Positions 39,738-52,198 of a DNA stretch of 64,000 bases are shown here, piece after piece. The stretch spans positions 1 to 64,000 of the forward strand of contig NW_005201421.1 in assembly GCF_000372725.1 (NCBI RefSeq), written 5' to 3'. A program made the translations under genes and the position numbers. This stretch comes from Emiliania huxleyi CCMP1516. Taxonomy: Eukaryota. The stretch's first letter is position 1, and each line of letters opens with the position of its first letter. A model generated the notes under the pieces. It saw only the letters and a list, made by a program, of their open reading frames with translations. It was not told where the DNA came from and made no database searches.

Positions 39738-40836
39738 TACCCTCGAATTGCGAGGAGCGGCTATGAGCCGTGCAGAGATTCCTCGTCCTCTTTTCAGAAG
39801 AAACCCAGAGCGCGGATGGCCGCATCTTTGATTTGCCGAGCCCCGAACTCTGTGTTCACAGACCTTGTTATTGAGAAGAAAATATTGATAAGGTGACCTG
39901 GAGTTCACAGCCTTGTTATGAGAAGAAAATTCGTCTCTTGAAAATTCGTCTTGTCCTTTCGCCTGCGGAAACGTTCAGGGACCCCTAGATGTTACCCCGG
40001 AAGCTCCGACGAGTTGCCACCTCCAGGGGTCACCTGCACGGCGCATCTTCGCTATGCCCCGCCACAGACACCCAAGCTATACGGCGCCGGACTGCCCCCC
40101 CCCCCCCCCTCCTCCCCCCCGCCCCCCGCCGCGCGCCCCCTCCGTCCCGGCCTTGGCATTCACAACGCCTTGGCACCCGGCCCGCGGCCGGCTCCGCCTC
40201 GCCTCACCACTGACGGTTACTCGATCGTGTTCAACGACGTTGAACAGTGTTCAACGTCGTTGCACACAAGTGGAGAATGGCCGTAGCTCCCTGCGAGAGG
40301 TAGTGTTATCGGACACGGCTCCGGGCTCTGATGCTGTGAGCCCCGGACCCTCCTTGCGAAGCACACACGCCGGTGTGGAAGGGGGAAGTCCGGAATCGCC
40401 GAGAGCAGCGCGTGGGAGCATGGCCTCGCGCTGGGAAAACTCTTTTGTCCTACTCACTCTTAGCCTTAAATCTCCCTTCTGCATCTTTTGAATCGGTCCA
40501 TCCTGCCGCGCTGCGGCTTGCTTGGCCCTGGCCTCGTCCCGTGTTGCCTTCTCCCTCTCTAGTGCGTGCACGTCCCTCGCCACAAGAGCCGGATAGTTAT
40601 TGTCAAGCCAAGTCTGCTGATCTTTCGAAATGGTAAGCCCGGAGAAGCAGCCCGGAAAGCACCGGAGGTTGATATTCAGCTGAACAACCTTCGTTCGGTT
40701 AGGGACGGGACGGGGAACTTTTGCGAGTGGGCAGGGGACTGCAGGGGGACAGGGGGAGGGAGGCCCAGCCAGGGCCCAGCGAGGGGCTGCGGCTGGATCC
40801 TACTGCGCGGCTGGACTAAAGACGCACTAAACCTCG

Positions 40837-41667
40837 CTAAATCTGGATGTAAAGTCGCAGTGAACTCGCGCTAAATTTGCGCTGAATTCGCGCTAAATTT
40901 GCGCTAAAGTGCACTAAAGATGCAGTACATAAGAGGGCTCCCGCGGCGATCAACACCGCAACTCCTTTTCTAAATTTCACCAGAGAGGGGCTTGTATTCG
41001 TAGACACAGTACGCGGCAGCGCCGACACGTCAACCCGCGTGTACGTCAGCGACGGGTCCCGCACGCCGCACGAGGCGCATGCGTGCAGCGGCAGCGCGTG
41101 CGCCATGCGCTCGTCGCTCCACTCGCCCAGCAGCCGCCGCTTCGTCTCGTCGGAGACGTGCACGCAGCGCTGCAGCAGCGCCGCCGTCTCGTCCTCGGGC
41201 CGCTCCAGGTCCATGACGACGTTCGTCGAGGCGTGGAAGCGCGTCTCCAGGTCGATGGCCGCCTGCTCGGCCGCGGCGAGCTTGCCCTGGTCGACGCACA
41301 TGCCGCACACCGCGTGCGCCGGGCAGCCGCACTGGCCGCGTTGTGGGCGCACGGTCTTGGCGACCGCCGGCGCTGCGCGCCGGTCGTGCTGCTCACGCTG
41401 CCGGCGGCGCTGGTCGCGCGCCTGCCGATCGCGCGTGTTCGCGGCGGCTGCATCTCCTGCTCGTTTCGCTCGCACCCGAGCGGCTGTCGCCAGGCGCTTC
41501 AGGTCGGCGGTGCTGCGCGCGCGGCCGTCGGCCAGGCACAGCCACATGTCCTCCTCCTCGGCAGGCTCGCACGGCTTGCCGTCGAACTGCGGCTGGCGCC
41601 CGCGACGATGCTTCGCCCAGGCCGGGCACGATGGTGCCGCGACGAGCGGCGTCGAGGCGACGGCCAT
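40837..41667 (-). mobile_element. Possible Helitron-like protein fragment, truncated next to GCGCTAAA repeats
   Basis: LPLHACASCGVRD motif resembles the region upstream of Rep in Helitron-like proteins; no Rep/helicase present. Confidence 0.35.
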
Positions 41668-41926
41668 CGATGGGTCCAGAAGACTTGGAGACAGTTCTCG
41701 CCCAAAAAATCAAAAAACCGAGCACAATTGCGTTACATGGGCATGGCCGGGGTTTCTGCACCGAACGATCTTACTTTCGGTCTATCGAAAGTGTTGATCG
41801 ATAAACACTTCACACCGCACTAAATTTAGACCCAGGCGCCCTCCAGTGCGGAGCAGGGGTTGCAACGGAGCAGAGCTGGAGGCGTCACACCGCAGCAGCG
41901 AGGAGAGCCGGTCCACAACTGGCGGC

Positions 41927-42904
41927 ATGGCGCGCTGGCCCGGCTCGCTGGTGCGCCCTCTGCGTAGCGGGCTCTCTATAGCCCGCGGCAGCATTGGTGG
42001 GAGCAGCGGCGGCGGCGGCGGCGATAGCGGCGGCGGCGACAGCGACAGCGGCAGCGGCGATGCGCCAGTTGCGCTCGTGCTGACGCATGCCCTCGGCTTC
42101 AGCAAGGAGTGCTGGGCGCCTGTGCTGGAGGATCTTGCGCCGCTGCTGACGCGCCGGGTTGAGTGGGTTGCGCTCGACTTCTCCGGCCACGGCGCGTCAA
42201 CATCGTCTCCGCCGACGGGGCGGTGGGACGAGTACCACGTGGCCGAGGCGCGGGAGGTGCTTCAGTCGGAGCTGCGTGCTGTCGCTCCGGCGTCGCGCAC
42301 CGTCGGAGTGGGCCACTCCATGGGCGGCGCCGTGCTGGCTGCGCTCGAGCTGCGCCAGCCTGGCTCGCTTGCTCGCGTGGCGGCCATTGAACCGCCCATC
42401 TTCCCGGCCGCCGTCGGCCGGCTCGCGCGCCTGCTCACCTCCGCAGGGCTGAACCCGCTAGCCAACGCCGCGGCGCAGCGCCGCCGCGCCTGGCCGAGCG
42501 CGGCCGCCGCGCGGGAGCACTTTGGCTCGCGCATGGCGGCCGGGTGGGACTCTCGCTCGCTCGACGCCTTTCTCGGCGGCGCGCTGAGGGACGCTCCGGG
42601 AGGCGGCGTCGAGCTCTGCTGCGACCCGGCCACCGAGGCGCGCTGCCTCGGGCTGCCCCTCGTCGCCAGCGAGGTGGCGGCGGGGTACGACGGAGGCGCC
42701 GCCGTCACGCTCGTCACCTGCTCCGCGTCGCGCTTCTCGCCGTTGCTGCTGCCGGGCAGCGGTCCCGCCGCCTACTCGCTCGTCGCGCAGACGCTGCGCG
42801 CGGGCGTGGTCCGACTGCCAGGGGCGAGCCACCACCTGGTCGTGCAGGAGCAACCGGCGCTGGTGGCGAGGCTCGTAGCGGATGAGGTAGCTGCGATCGT
42901 CTAG
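41927..42904 (+). CDS. Alpha/beta-hydrolase fold protein
   Basis: LVLTHALGF..W; ALDFSGHGAS; VGHSMGG nucleophile elbow; GASHHLV.QE.P. Confidence 0.9.
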   Translation: MARWPGSLVRPLRSGLSIARGSIGGSSGGGGGDSGGGDSDSGSGDAPVALVLTHALGFSKECWAPVLEDLAPLLTRRVEWVALDFSGHGASTSSPPTGRWDEYHVAEAREVLQSELRAVAPASRTVGVGHSMGGAVLAALELRQPGSLARVAAIEPPIFPAAVGRLARLLTSAGLNPLANAAAQRRRAWPSAAAAREHFGSRMAAGWDSRSLDAFLGGALRDAPGGGVELCCDPATEARCLGLPLVASEVAAGYDGGAAVTLVTCSASRFSPLLLPGSGPAAYSLVAQTLRAGVVRLPGASHHLVVQEQPALVARLVADEVAAIV

Positions 42905-42928
42905 AGGCGGCGCGCGCAGGTCGGTCGT

Positions 42929-43632
42929 GGCTAGTGCCATTTCACTGTGGCACAGCTCGCGTTACAAAACCTTGATTTTGACCATTTGCGCACTATTGTA
43001 CCTCTCGGTGTCGCAGCTACCTCGCTGCGCGTCCCCTGAGTCACGCGAGCGTCCTGTGGGGAGGTACATTTGTTGCGCGCCGGAGACGACTCGACGTCGC
43101 TGAGATCGGAGATCAAGCTCTGACAGGTCGCACGTCGCTCCTTTGACGCCGACGTGACTCACCCGTGCAGATCACATCATGACATGGTCTCGACGCGCTC
43201 GGTACGACGCCTGCGACCCGTCTCGGGTCAGGTGGCACGATGCTCATCGCGCCTACCAGCGCTGCCGTGCAGGTTGCCACGACGAGGTCGAGCACGCTTC
43301 TATACGCTCGCCGAGCCTTTCTTTCCATCCCATTAGGCAGCCTGGGAACGGTGGCGGTCAGAGGCAAAGCCTACGAGGGGTGGTGGAACCACATGTCACG
43401 GCTACTGCCGGCTCGACCCCACGATAGCCTCCGAAGGGCGAAGGCTGACTTTGCGGCACCATCATCGGACGATGTCGACGAGTTGGGTCGCTCTCGCGGT
43501 AGCCAGATGACCTCTCATACTAGGATCATCGGCCATGGCCGCAGGGAGCGCGGGGGAGGGCGCTGGAAGTAACACGGAGCTCCGTTGGAGACGTTTTCAA
43601 GATTAGCGTGTCAGAGTGAAATGGCACTAGCC
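42929..43632. mobile_element. 704-bp non-autonomous TIR element (PIF/Harbinger-like) with 3-bp TSD CGT
   Basis: TIR GGCTAGTGCCATTTCACT (18 bp perfect, ~28 bp imperfect); CGT on both flanks. Confidence 0.8.
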
Positions 43633-43924
43633 CGTATGGATTCACACACTCTTTATCACTTCCCCGATGTGTTTTCTAATGATAATTTATGAGAAACATT
43701 TCACAATTTTTTTAATCGTCGTGCCTCTGAGCGCTACGTGGGCATGATGGCTGTCACGTGCTTCTCGGACAGGAGCGCGGCAGCTTAGACCCCCCCCCTC
43801 GAGGAACGAGGACCCCCCCTCCCCCCCTTGCAAAACTGTTGCTGCTCCCGTCTGCGTCTGGTGGTTCGGCGGCGGCGGGTGCAGCGCAGAAATATGCCTC
43901 TCTGCAGTGGGTCTGGCAGTGCGA

Positions 43925-46180
43925 CTGAGCCCTGGCTGTGAGGCTGTCAGGTGCCGTCAGGTGATCTGTCGGGCTGTCGGGCAGCTGTCAGGCACTGTCA
44001 GGTGCCTCTGTCAGACCAGCTGTCGGGTGCTGTCAGTGCTGTCAGTGCTGTCGGGTGCTGTCGGGTGCGTGTCTGACATCAGAGGGGATCTGTAGCTGTC
44101 GGTTGCTGTCGGAGCTGTCGGGTGTTGCTGTCAGACACTGTCGGAGCTGTCAGAGCTGTGTCAGGCTGCTGCTGCTGTCGGACGTTGGGCTGTTGCTGTC
44201 AGGTGCTGTCAGGTGGTGCTGTCGGGGTGCTGTCAGGCTCTGACACACACCAGCCACACTTATGACACTATCAAGAGGATACCAGCAGGACTCTACTACA
44301 CATACTCAGTCTCTACTCTGCCTCCGGTCCCACCATCCTTTTCATGGTGGACGTCACCATCTTCTTGTCTGCCGCACTGAGAGAATAGCAGAGAGGCAGG
44401 GGGGAGTGCTTCTTCAGGTACACCTTGCTGATGATCTGGTAGCTGCTGGTCCAGCGGAAGGCCTCCCCATCGTTGTCGCTCGTCAGCTTGTAGTACTTGC
44501 ACGCTCTGTTCTGGTAGCGCGGGCCGTCTGGGGGGGTCCCGTCACCCTTCACCTCACGGTACCACCGGAGGATAAATAGGCCCTTGGGGTCGTTGATGAA
44601 GACCCCGTTGCTGCGCTGACTCATCGAGAGCTGGCGCAGGTACTCTGCGCTCGAGCTGCCAGTGGCGCGGCGCGCGTCTACCGTGCCGTCGGCGACGGCC
44701 ACCTGCTCGATGTTGCCAATGGCAAAGACCTTGGAGCTGTCCTCCATGGTGAAGAGCACCGCAACTGCGGAGAGAAAGAGAAGAGGGAGAGATGAGAATG
44801 CACGTCTTATGTGTGTGTGTGTGACAGGCGGCAAGGGCGTGGTCACCGTCATCATCATCCATGTAGAAGTCGAGCTCCTCATCCACATCCTCGCCTCGCT
44901 GCTGATGGGACTTGATGAGCCGCTTGACGTGGAAGCGGAGCTTGCGATCCTTTGACTCCTCCTGGATGGAGACGTTGAAATCTGCCAGCAGCTTACGGAT
45001 CTCCTCAAAAAACTCTGCGCTGCTGCCCTCCTCGCCGCCGGTTGGAGGCGCCACGTTGGCCCCCGTCCGCATGAGCAGGCGGACATCGCTCCAGGGAGGG
45101 GGGCGTGCTTCTGCTCACGCTCCACCCCCCCCTTAGCATGTGGTGAAGGCGCTGGGGGGGTCGGGACCCCCCCCCTAGCATGTGGTGAAGCCTCTGGGGG
45201 GGGTCGGACCCCCCCCCCTAGCATGTGGTGGGCACCCCCCAGCAGTTCGTGGGCTAGGAATAGCCGCCAGAGAGCCGATTTTGCCCCCAAAGTTGTGAAA
45301 TCGTGGCTGAAAGTCCAATATCTTGGAGAATCTGACCAGTCTCAAGGCTCATGTAGCTCCAAAGGATGATTTCCCCCTCGAAAATGCTGCGAAATGAGGC
45401 GTAAAATCAAGGGCCCGGAGGGTCTGACCACGAGTCTCTGGGGGGGTCCTCGGCCACGACCCCCCCCCCTAGCATGTGGTGAAGGTGCTGGGGGGGGCGG
45501 GACCCCCCCCCTAGCATGTGGTGAAGCCTCTGGGGGGGGTCGGACCCCCCCCCTAGCATGTGGTGTGAGCAGAAGCACGCCCCCCTCCCTGGAAGCGATG
45601 TCCGCCTGCTCCATCAGCACTTGGTTCAGCACGGCCTCGGCATCTGCAGCATCCTGTGCGCCCATGGCGGTCAGCTCGGCCGGCTCAGCATCGGGTGTGC
45701 CGTTTGATCATCCTCCTTCTCTCCCGGCTCCTCCAGCAACGCGCCACCCTGGACATAGGTGTCAGCCAGAGGAAAGTGCAAGCACGGCTGCTTGAAGAAG
45801 CCGGTCTGTGCACAGAGGTTGGCGCGGACTCCACAGAATCGAAGGCGCGGACCACATACACATGTCTTTGCATGTAATAGTTTTGCTATACCCTCATGGG
45901 ACACAAGAAAGATGCTGCACGGCCTGAGTACGGTCTGTGCTGCTGTCGGGCTGGTCGGGCTGTCGGGCTGTCAGCGCTGCTGTCAGGCCGCTGTGTGCTT
46001 GTCGGGCTGTGTCGGGCAGCTGTCAGGCTGTCACGTTAGGGCCTGACAGCGACGGGACGCCTCTGATGTCAGGCTCTGCTGTCAGGCTGTCAGATACGTG
46101 CTGTCGCTGTCGGGCACTGTCAGGCGCTGTCCGGGGTTTGCTGTCAGGCTGTCAGACCAGGGACCAGGGGCAGGGCTCAG
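43925..46180. mobile_element. 2.25-kb TIR element with CTGTCR subterminal arrays and 8/10-bp TSD
   Basis: CTGAGCCCTG...CAGGGCTCAG; (G)CAGTGCGA(C) duplicated on both flanks. Confidence 0.8.
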
Positions 46181-46436
46181 CAGTGCGACCGGGCGCGACC
46201 ACGCGCTCGTCCGTCTCGTGCTTCGGCTGCCGGAGCAGCACCGGCATCGCCACGCGCGTACGACCAGGTGGCCGGTCAGCGTGGTACCGGACACGACTGG
46301 AGAGGCGGGCGCTCACTAGCTCGAAAAGATGGAGCCAAGGCTGTGAATAGGAAGCTCGGGTTGCGGCGTGTGTGCAGGGCAGTGCCGGTGAAGCATCGCC
46401 CCGGCGGCCCCTCGCCGCTCGCTGCTCGCCGAGGCA

Positions 46437-48211
46437 ATGACAAGCGCGGCCACCGCGCCGGCTCCGGACGCGGAGAGCGACGACACGATAAACGGCCAGC
46501 GCGTGTACGGGTGCGAGCTCATCCAGCAGATGGGCATCATGCTCGCGCTGCCGCAGGTCGGGATAGCGACGGCGCAGGTGATGTTCCACCGCTTCTACGC
46601 GCGCCGGTCAATGCGGCGGTTCGACGTGCGTCACGTGGCGACGGGCGCGCTGTTCCTCGCCACCAAGGTGGAGGAGTGCCCGCGCAAAGTGCGCGATGTG
46701 CTCGGCTGCTTCCAGCACCTACTCAGCAAGCGCGCGGGCAAGCGGCCGGTGCCGCTCGACATCTTCTCGCAGGACTACGCCAACCTGAAGGACAAGCTGA
46801 TCCGCGCGGAGCGCGAGATCCTCAAGGAGCTCGGCTTCATCCTCTACAGCGAGCACCCGCACAAGTTCATCCTCAACTACGTCAAGCTCCTCGCGCCGTC
46901 AAAGGAGCAAGAGCACGCGCTCGCGCAGGCGACTGGCTGACTGCACGAGAGAGACAGACCGACGGAGCGGCCTCAGACACGCACACGCACCCCACCGCCA
47001 CCACCGCCCCCGCGCTCTCCTCCCTCCGCGAGCGCCCTGGCTCCTCCCTCGGCTGGCGGCATACGGAGGGGACCGCGCCTCTGCCCCCGCTCTCCCTCAC
47101 CTCTGCCCCCGCTCGACCTCCCTGCAGGCGGCCTGGAACTTCATCAACGACTCGCAGCGTACGGACGCGTGCATCAAGTTCGCGCCCGAGGCGGACCCGC
47201 CGCGCCGGTGAGCCCGCGGCGACGAGACGCTGTTCACACCCCCGCCCCCCCCCTGCACAGGCGATCTGCTGCGCCGCGATCTGGTTTGCCGCGCGCACGC
47301 TGGGCAGCCTTTGGCGCCGGCAGAGCCTCTCCGCCCCTCGCCCGTCCCCCGACCCTGCCCTCGACCCTACCTGTAGGCATCCGCCTTCCGTCGGCAAACC
47401 TCCGCCCTGGCGCCGTGCCGCGCCCCTTCCCTCCGCCTCCACCCTCGCCGCCCCTCGCCGCCGCAGGACGCGTCGCCGCCCTGGTGGGAGCTCTTCGACA
47501 CGCAGAGGCGAAGGGGGGGGGGTGGGGGGGGCGAGAGCCCCAGTCTCTGAGCCTGCTCTGAGCCTGCTCTGGGCCCTCCTGCAGGCAAGACNNNNNNNNN
47601 NNNNNNNNNNNNNNNNNNNNNNNNNNNNNNNNNNNNNNNNNNNNNNNNNNNNNNNNNNNNNNNNNNNNNNNNNNNNNNNNNNNNNNNNNNNNNNNNNNNN
47701 NNNNNNNNNNNNNNNNNNNNNNNNNNNNNNNNNNNNNNAGCAGCGACGCTAGCCCGGGCGGCGGCGCGGGCGGCGGGGAGGCGAATGGCGCGGAGCCGGC
47801 GGGGCGGGGCAAGGAGGGCGGGGAGCGGAGGCGGCGCGATCGCTCCTCGAGCCGCGACCGAGACAGAGACCGCGACCGAGACCGCGACAGAGAGCGCGAC
47901 AGAGACAAGAGGCGCCGGGGCGTGGCGGCGGCGAGCCCCGCGCCCTCGCCCCGCCGACAGTACCTCGAGCCCGGAGTAGGCGGCGCCGGGAGCGGGACGA
48001 CCGCGACGAGGGACGGCGCGATCGGAGGGATCGCGATGGCGATCGCGACCGGCGCGACCGGCGCGGCCACCGCGGGGTCGGCCTCGACCTCTCCCCACGC
48101 CCTCGTCCTTTAGACGCGGCGGCGCGCCTCGCACTTTGTAGGCGGGAGAGGGACTACGACCGGAGGGAGGAGGACCGCTACGACGACCGGCGCGACGACC
48201 GCCGACGGTAG
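46437..48211 (+). CDS. Cyclin L-like protein with RS/RD-rich tail, multi-exon, spans an N-gap
   Basis: RVYGCELIQ..L.LPQV..ATAQVMFHRFY..LFLATKVEECPRKVRDV..AEREILKELGF..EHPHKF; AWNFIND. Confidence 0.9.
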
Positions 48212-48904
48212 GGAGGGCGGGGTGCGGAGTGCGCGAGCAGCCGGCAAGGTCTGAGCGCTAGTGACGGCAGCACGTCGCGCAGCCGCAGCTGCCGCAGGTC
48301 CTCCTGAGGCACAGATTGCCTAGGGGGCCATGTCTCTGCCGCCTCTCTCGAGAGACGAGATACGCTGCTACGGTACACGCACACGCGCGACGGGGAGAGT
48401 CCGACTCTCCCCACCCAGTGCGACCCCAGCGAGAGGCGAGAGCTGAGAGAGGCGCACAACAAGGCATGAAGACATATATGTTCTCGAGGATAATGTTTCC
48501 GTTCACTCTTCCTATCGCGTATCGCTATCGGGACAAGCGACATCACGCGCAGCCGTATTAAACTAATTATTTACCATACGATACCCACACACACGGACGA
48601 GACACCACACCACACGGTCCCCTCGTTGCCAACGACGTTCGGAACTTCCGTAAACGTTGCTCGTAGCTCGTGTACACATATCGATACACGTCATCGTCGG
48701 GGGCGTCGAAGCTCTCGTCCCTCGAACATATAACACAACACAGTACAAACACAGACAGTCCGGACCGCGAGAGCAGGTTAGAGAGAGAACGTAGAGCCGA
48801 AGCAGACATGACAGGTCAACATTGACGAGACACCAGAGTGCATGCCAGAAAGCGACAGTTGCGAGCGGCGCGCAAGAGTGCTGGGCCGAGAGTACACATC
48901 ACGC

Positions 48905-49700
48905 CCCCATGCGAAGGGGCGAGGGAGTGCGTCGCGACGTAGTAGACAGGATCGGATGCGGCAAGTGCGAGGAGCTGCTAACGACGAGGCGCCTACCTGC
49001 GGCGGTCACGACAGCTTCGCCTTCCTTCAGGCCAGTCGCAACGGACGCTCACGTTCCATCGGGCGGTGGGAGGATCCGCATCTCTTCGAGAACCGCAGCC
49101 ATCTGCGTGACCACGGTTTCCGCACTCAGCTGCCCCTGGTGTCCGGCCATACGCTGCGTCATGCGCTGTGACACCGCCTCCGCCAGGCCGGGCGGCGGCA
49201 CGAACGCGTTTGGCCCCGGCATCTGCTGCAACAGCTGCTGCATGACAGCTGGGCCAAACTCGCCGCCCACGACAGCGCCGCCGCCGGGAAAGGCGACGGC
49301 ATGGATGGTAGCGCCGCCAGCGGTGGCAGCGCTGCCAGCGGTAGCAGCGCCGCCAGGAGCAGCAGGGCCACCTGCTGGCACGGCGGCAGCAGCGCCGCCG
49401 CCACCGCCGCCCGCACTCGCGTTGCCGCCGGCGGGCGGAGCACTTGGCGTCCCGGCAAGCATGTCGTCGCCGCCGGCATCGGCTCCGCCCTCGTCCTCCT
49501 CCCTCGACCGGAAGCGCAGGTTGTTCATCTTGATCTTCAACCGCTTCACCTCTCCGGCCAGCAGCTCGACCTCCACAGGGTAGCGGCCGCCTTCCGGCTC
49601 GAAGCCGCCGATGACCGTCCCCCGCCGGCCGTTGAACTGCGGCTGCTTCGCCAGGCCGACGATGACGACGAGGTCTCCCCTTCTTTCTGGGATACGGCAC
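48905..49700 (-). CDS. Hypothetical protein with a KOW/SH3-like motif, probably 5'-truncated
   Basis: GDLVVIVGLAKQPQFNGRRGTVI..GRYPVEV..LKIKMNNL; abuts a repeat end at ~49707. Confidence 0.45.
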
Positions 49701-50033
49701 CTACATCCTTTTCTTGTTAAAATGAACTCGGGGGCACGGGACGCGGCACAAACGGCGCACAAACGCGAGACTACATCCTACAAACACGGTGATGCACGTA
49801 GTGACGCACATCCTTTTCCCTTTGAAATCCCTGTGTGGCAACGGAGGAGACAAACCCATGTGTGGTGGCGATCTGTGCCGGTCTCCCATCGTCCGAGACG
49901 TCCCTCAGAGTCTCTGTGTGTGTGTGTGGGGGGGGGGGGAGTGTGCGAGAGCGCCCGCGCTGGACCACAAGGACAAATCTCCGAGAGGGTGGAGGCCGAG
50001 GGAGCGGCTGGCCGAGCGACTACTAGCGGGCTT

Positions 50034-51870
50034 CTAGACCCCGCCGAGCAGGCAGGCGAGTCCGACGGCGTACGATAGGGGCACCACCCACCGCGACACC
50101 TCGTCGATGGCGAAGGCGATCCGCTGCCACTTACCGTTGATGCGCTTGATCTCGGCCTCGTAACGCTTGATCTCGGCCTCGTCAGGCTTGATCTCGTAAC
50201 TGTCGTTGGCATCGCGCTGCGAAAGCTCCGGGACACTGTCGCCGGCTTTGCTAACTGCGCGGGGTGGGGCCTCTGCTTTTTGACCTGCCACTGCCGCCGC
50301 GCATCGGCTCGCCCAGCGCAGAAAGGGTGGCAGGAGCGACTTGGAGGTCTTGTGGTAGAGGCTGATGACGATGCATGATTCGGCGAGCACCAACGTGGCG
50401 TAGGCGAGGCTGGAGCAGGGGGTGCGGTGGGTGAGTTTGGGAGCTAAACACCCTGGAAGGCGGTCCCCGCGGCGTGCACACCTGAAGGCGGAGAACTGTG
50501 CAAACCTAGCATAGCAGGGTCCGAGAAAGGTAAGGGTCTGAGGGTCTTGCCAGGAGCGAGAGACGCTTGGCATGGCGCGGACCATGTCATTTCGGATGCA
50601 GCCGGGAGCTTGCCGTTGATGACAAAGTCGGACGCCACGGCGGCGAGCAGCGCCTAGGATTGGTTCTGAAAAAGCTCGAGGATGCCCCTCCGCACCACGC
50701 ACCGCACGGCAGGAGAGAACAGCGCCGTGATGCCGAGGCCGAGCCGCTCGCCGCACTGGGGCGGGACGCTGAAGCAGAGGAAGCCGATGAAGTTGAGCAC
50801 CACCTGAGCGGTGGGGAGAGTGTGTGTTTGGATGCCCAGCGGTGCATGGCTGTCGGGCGCTTTGCGCCGCGCGTTCAACGCGATGTAGCCGCGGGTGTAC
50901 GGCTGCCAAGCCCGCTTGAACACGACCTGCAGAGCACGCGAGAGAGAGAGTGCGTGCGCGCCAGTCGTGCTTGCCGAGGTGTGCAGTGGACTAGCAGTGG
51001 CTTCTCGCTCTCCGGCCCCATTCCCCATGCCCATGCGTGTGCGCGTGTGCGGCACCTCGTAGAGGAGGACAGGCCAGTCGTTCTCTGGGTCGCCGGGGTA
51101 AGGCGGGTAGACTTTATCGCGGCATTCGACGCCCTCGAGCGAAAACTCCTGGAAGGACTCGCCCGCGGTCTCGGAGCCTCCAATGCTGAAGCCGTCGCCC
51201 ATCTTGACGGGGCGGAGGTAGAGGCCGCTACTCACACAACCGCATCGTGAGGCAATCGCCGTATCTCTCTGTACTCCTCGAGGTTGGTCGGCCTGAAGCT
51301 CCAGCTGCCAAACTCCATCGTGCATCCCAGCTCGTCGAACGGGAAGCGGTCGAGTCCTACGAACTTGCAAGTGGGGCGGAGGTGGCCGGGCCGTGACCAG
51401 AAGACGGTGCCGTCGCTCGATACACTCGCGAAGGCGTTGGAGAGCGAGGTCTGCATCGACTCGCCCTGGTTCCACAGGGTCATGTCGGGCGTCCAAATGT
51501 CGGACGAGACGTCGGACGAGGCGCCGTCGCCGACCCACAGTTGCAGCGTTGCGAGGCCACCGTACTGCGAGGCGTTCCACGCCAGCCGCGGGTCATGCCA
51601 CCGCAGCCGGTACCACACGATTAAGTCGGTGGCGTGGTTGACTACGTCCACAGAGTGCACCCGGTGGAAGTTGATGCCCATTTCCACCTTCAAGCCCGAC
51701 CGCTCCCCCCCGTCGGCCAGCGCCGCTTCCCAAGCAAATTCCCACGGATATGCTCCTTTGTCGTATGAGACGAGGAGGTCCGCCCGCAGGCGGCCCGAGG
51801 CGCCGTTATCGGCTAGCGCAGGCGTCGCGATGTGCAGGGCCAGCAGGCTCATCGCCAGGTTACGCAGCAT
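50034..51870 (-). CDS. Pentameric ligand-gated ion channel (Cys-loop, nAChR-like), multi-exon
   Basis: Signal peptide; WHDPRLAW, IWTPD, CKFVGLDRFPFDELGC, FGSWS; M2 GERLGLGITALLA; M4 region W..IAFAIDEVSRW. Confidence 0.92.
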
Positions 51871-52198
51871 CAGCGAGCCGCCACAGACAGGTGCTTGTTG
51901 GACTTATTTAGGAGCGGGACGAGCCGCCCCCCCGCCGTTTTTCATCGTTTATGGAAAGGTTGATCGCGGGCGGCCGCAGCGTCCCAAATTTAGGAATCAA
52001 GGCGGAATTGGCGGCTATACACGATGGAACATCTTTGTTTTCGGTGTACGGCTCTTACTATGCACTTTATGCGGCTCGGTCTCAGTAAAGTTTGAGCGTA
52101 CCTCAGAAGAACATGCCCACACATGCGACCCCGAGATCCCGCCGCGGTACAGTACGGCTCTCCTTCTCTGGTCCTCAGTCTCGGCCCTCACTGCCCAC

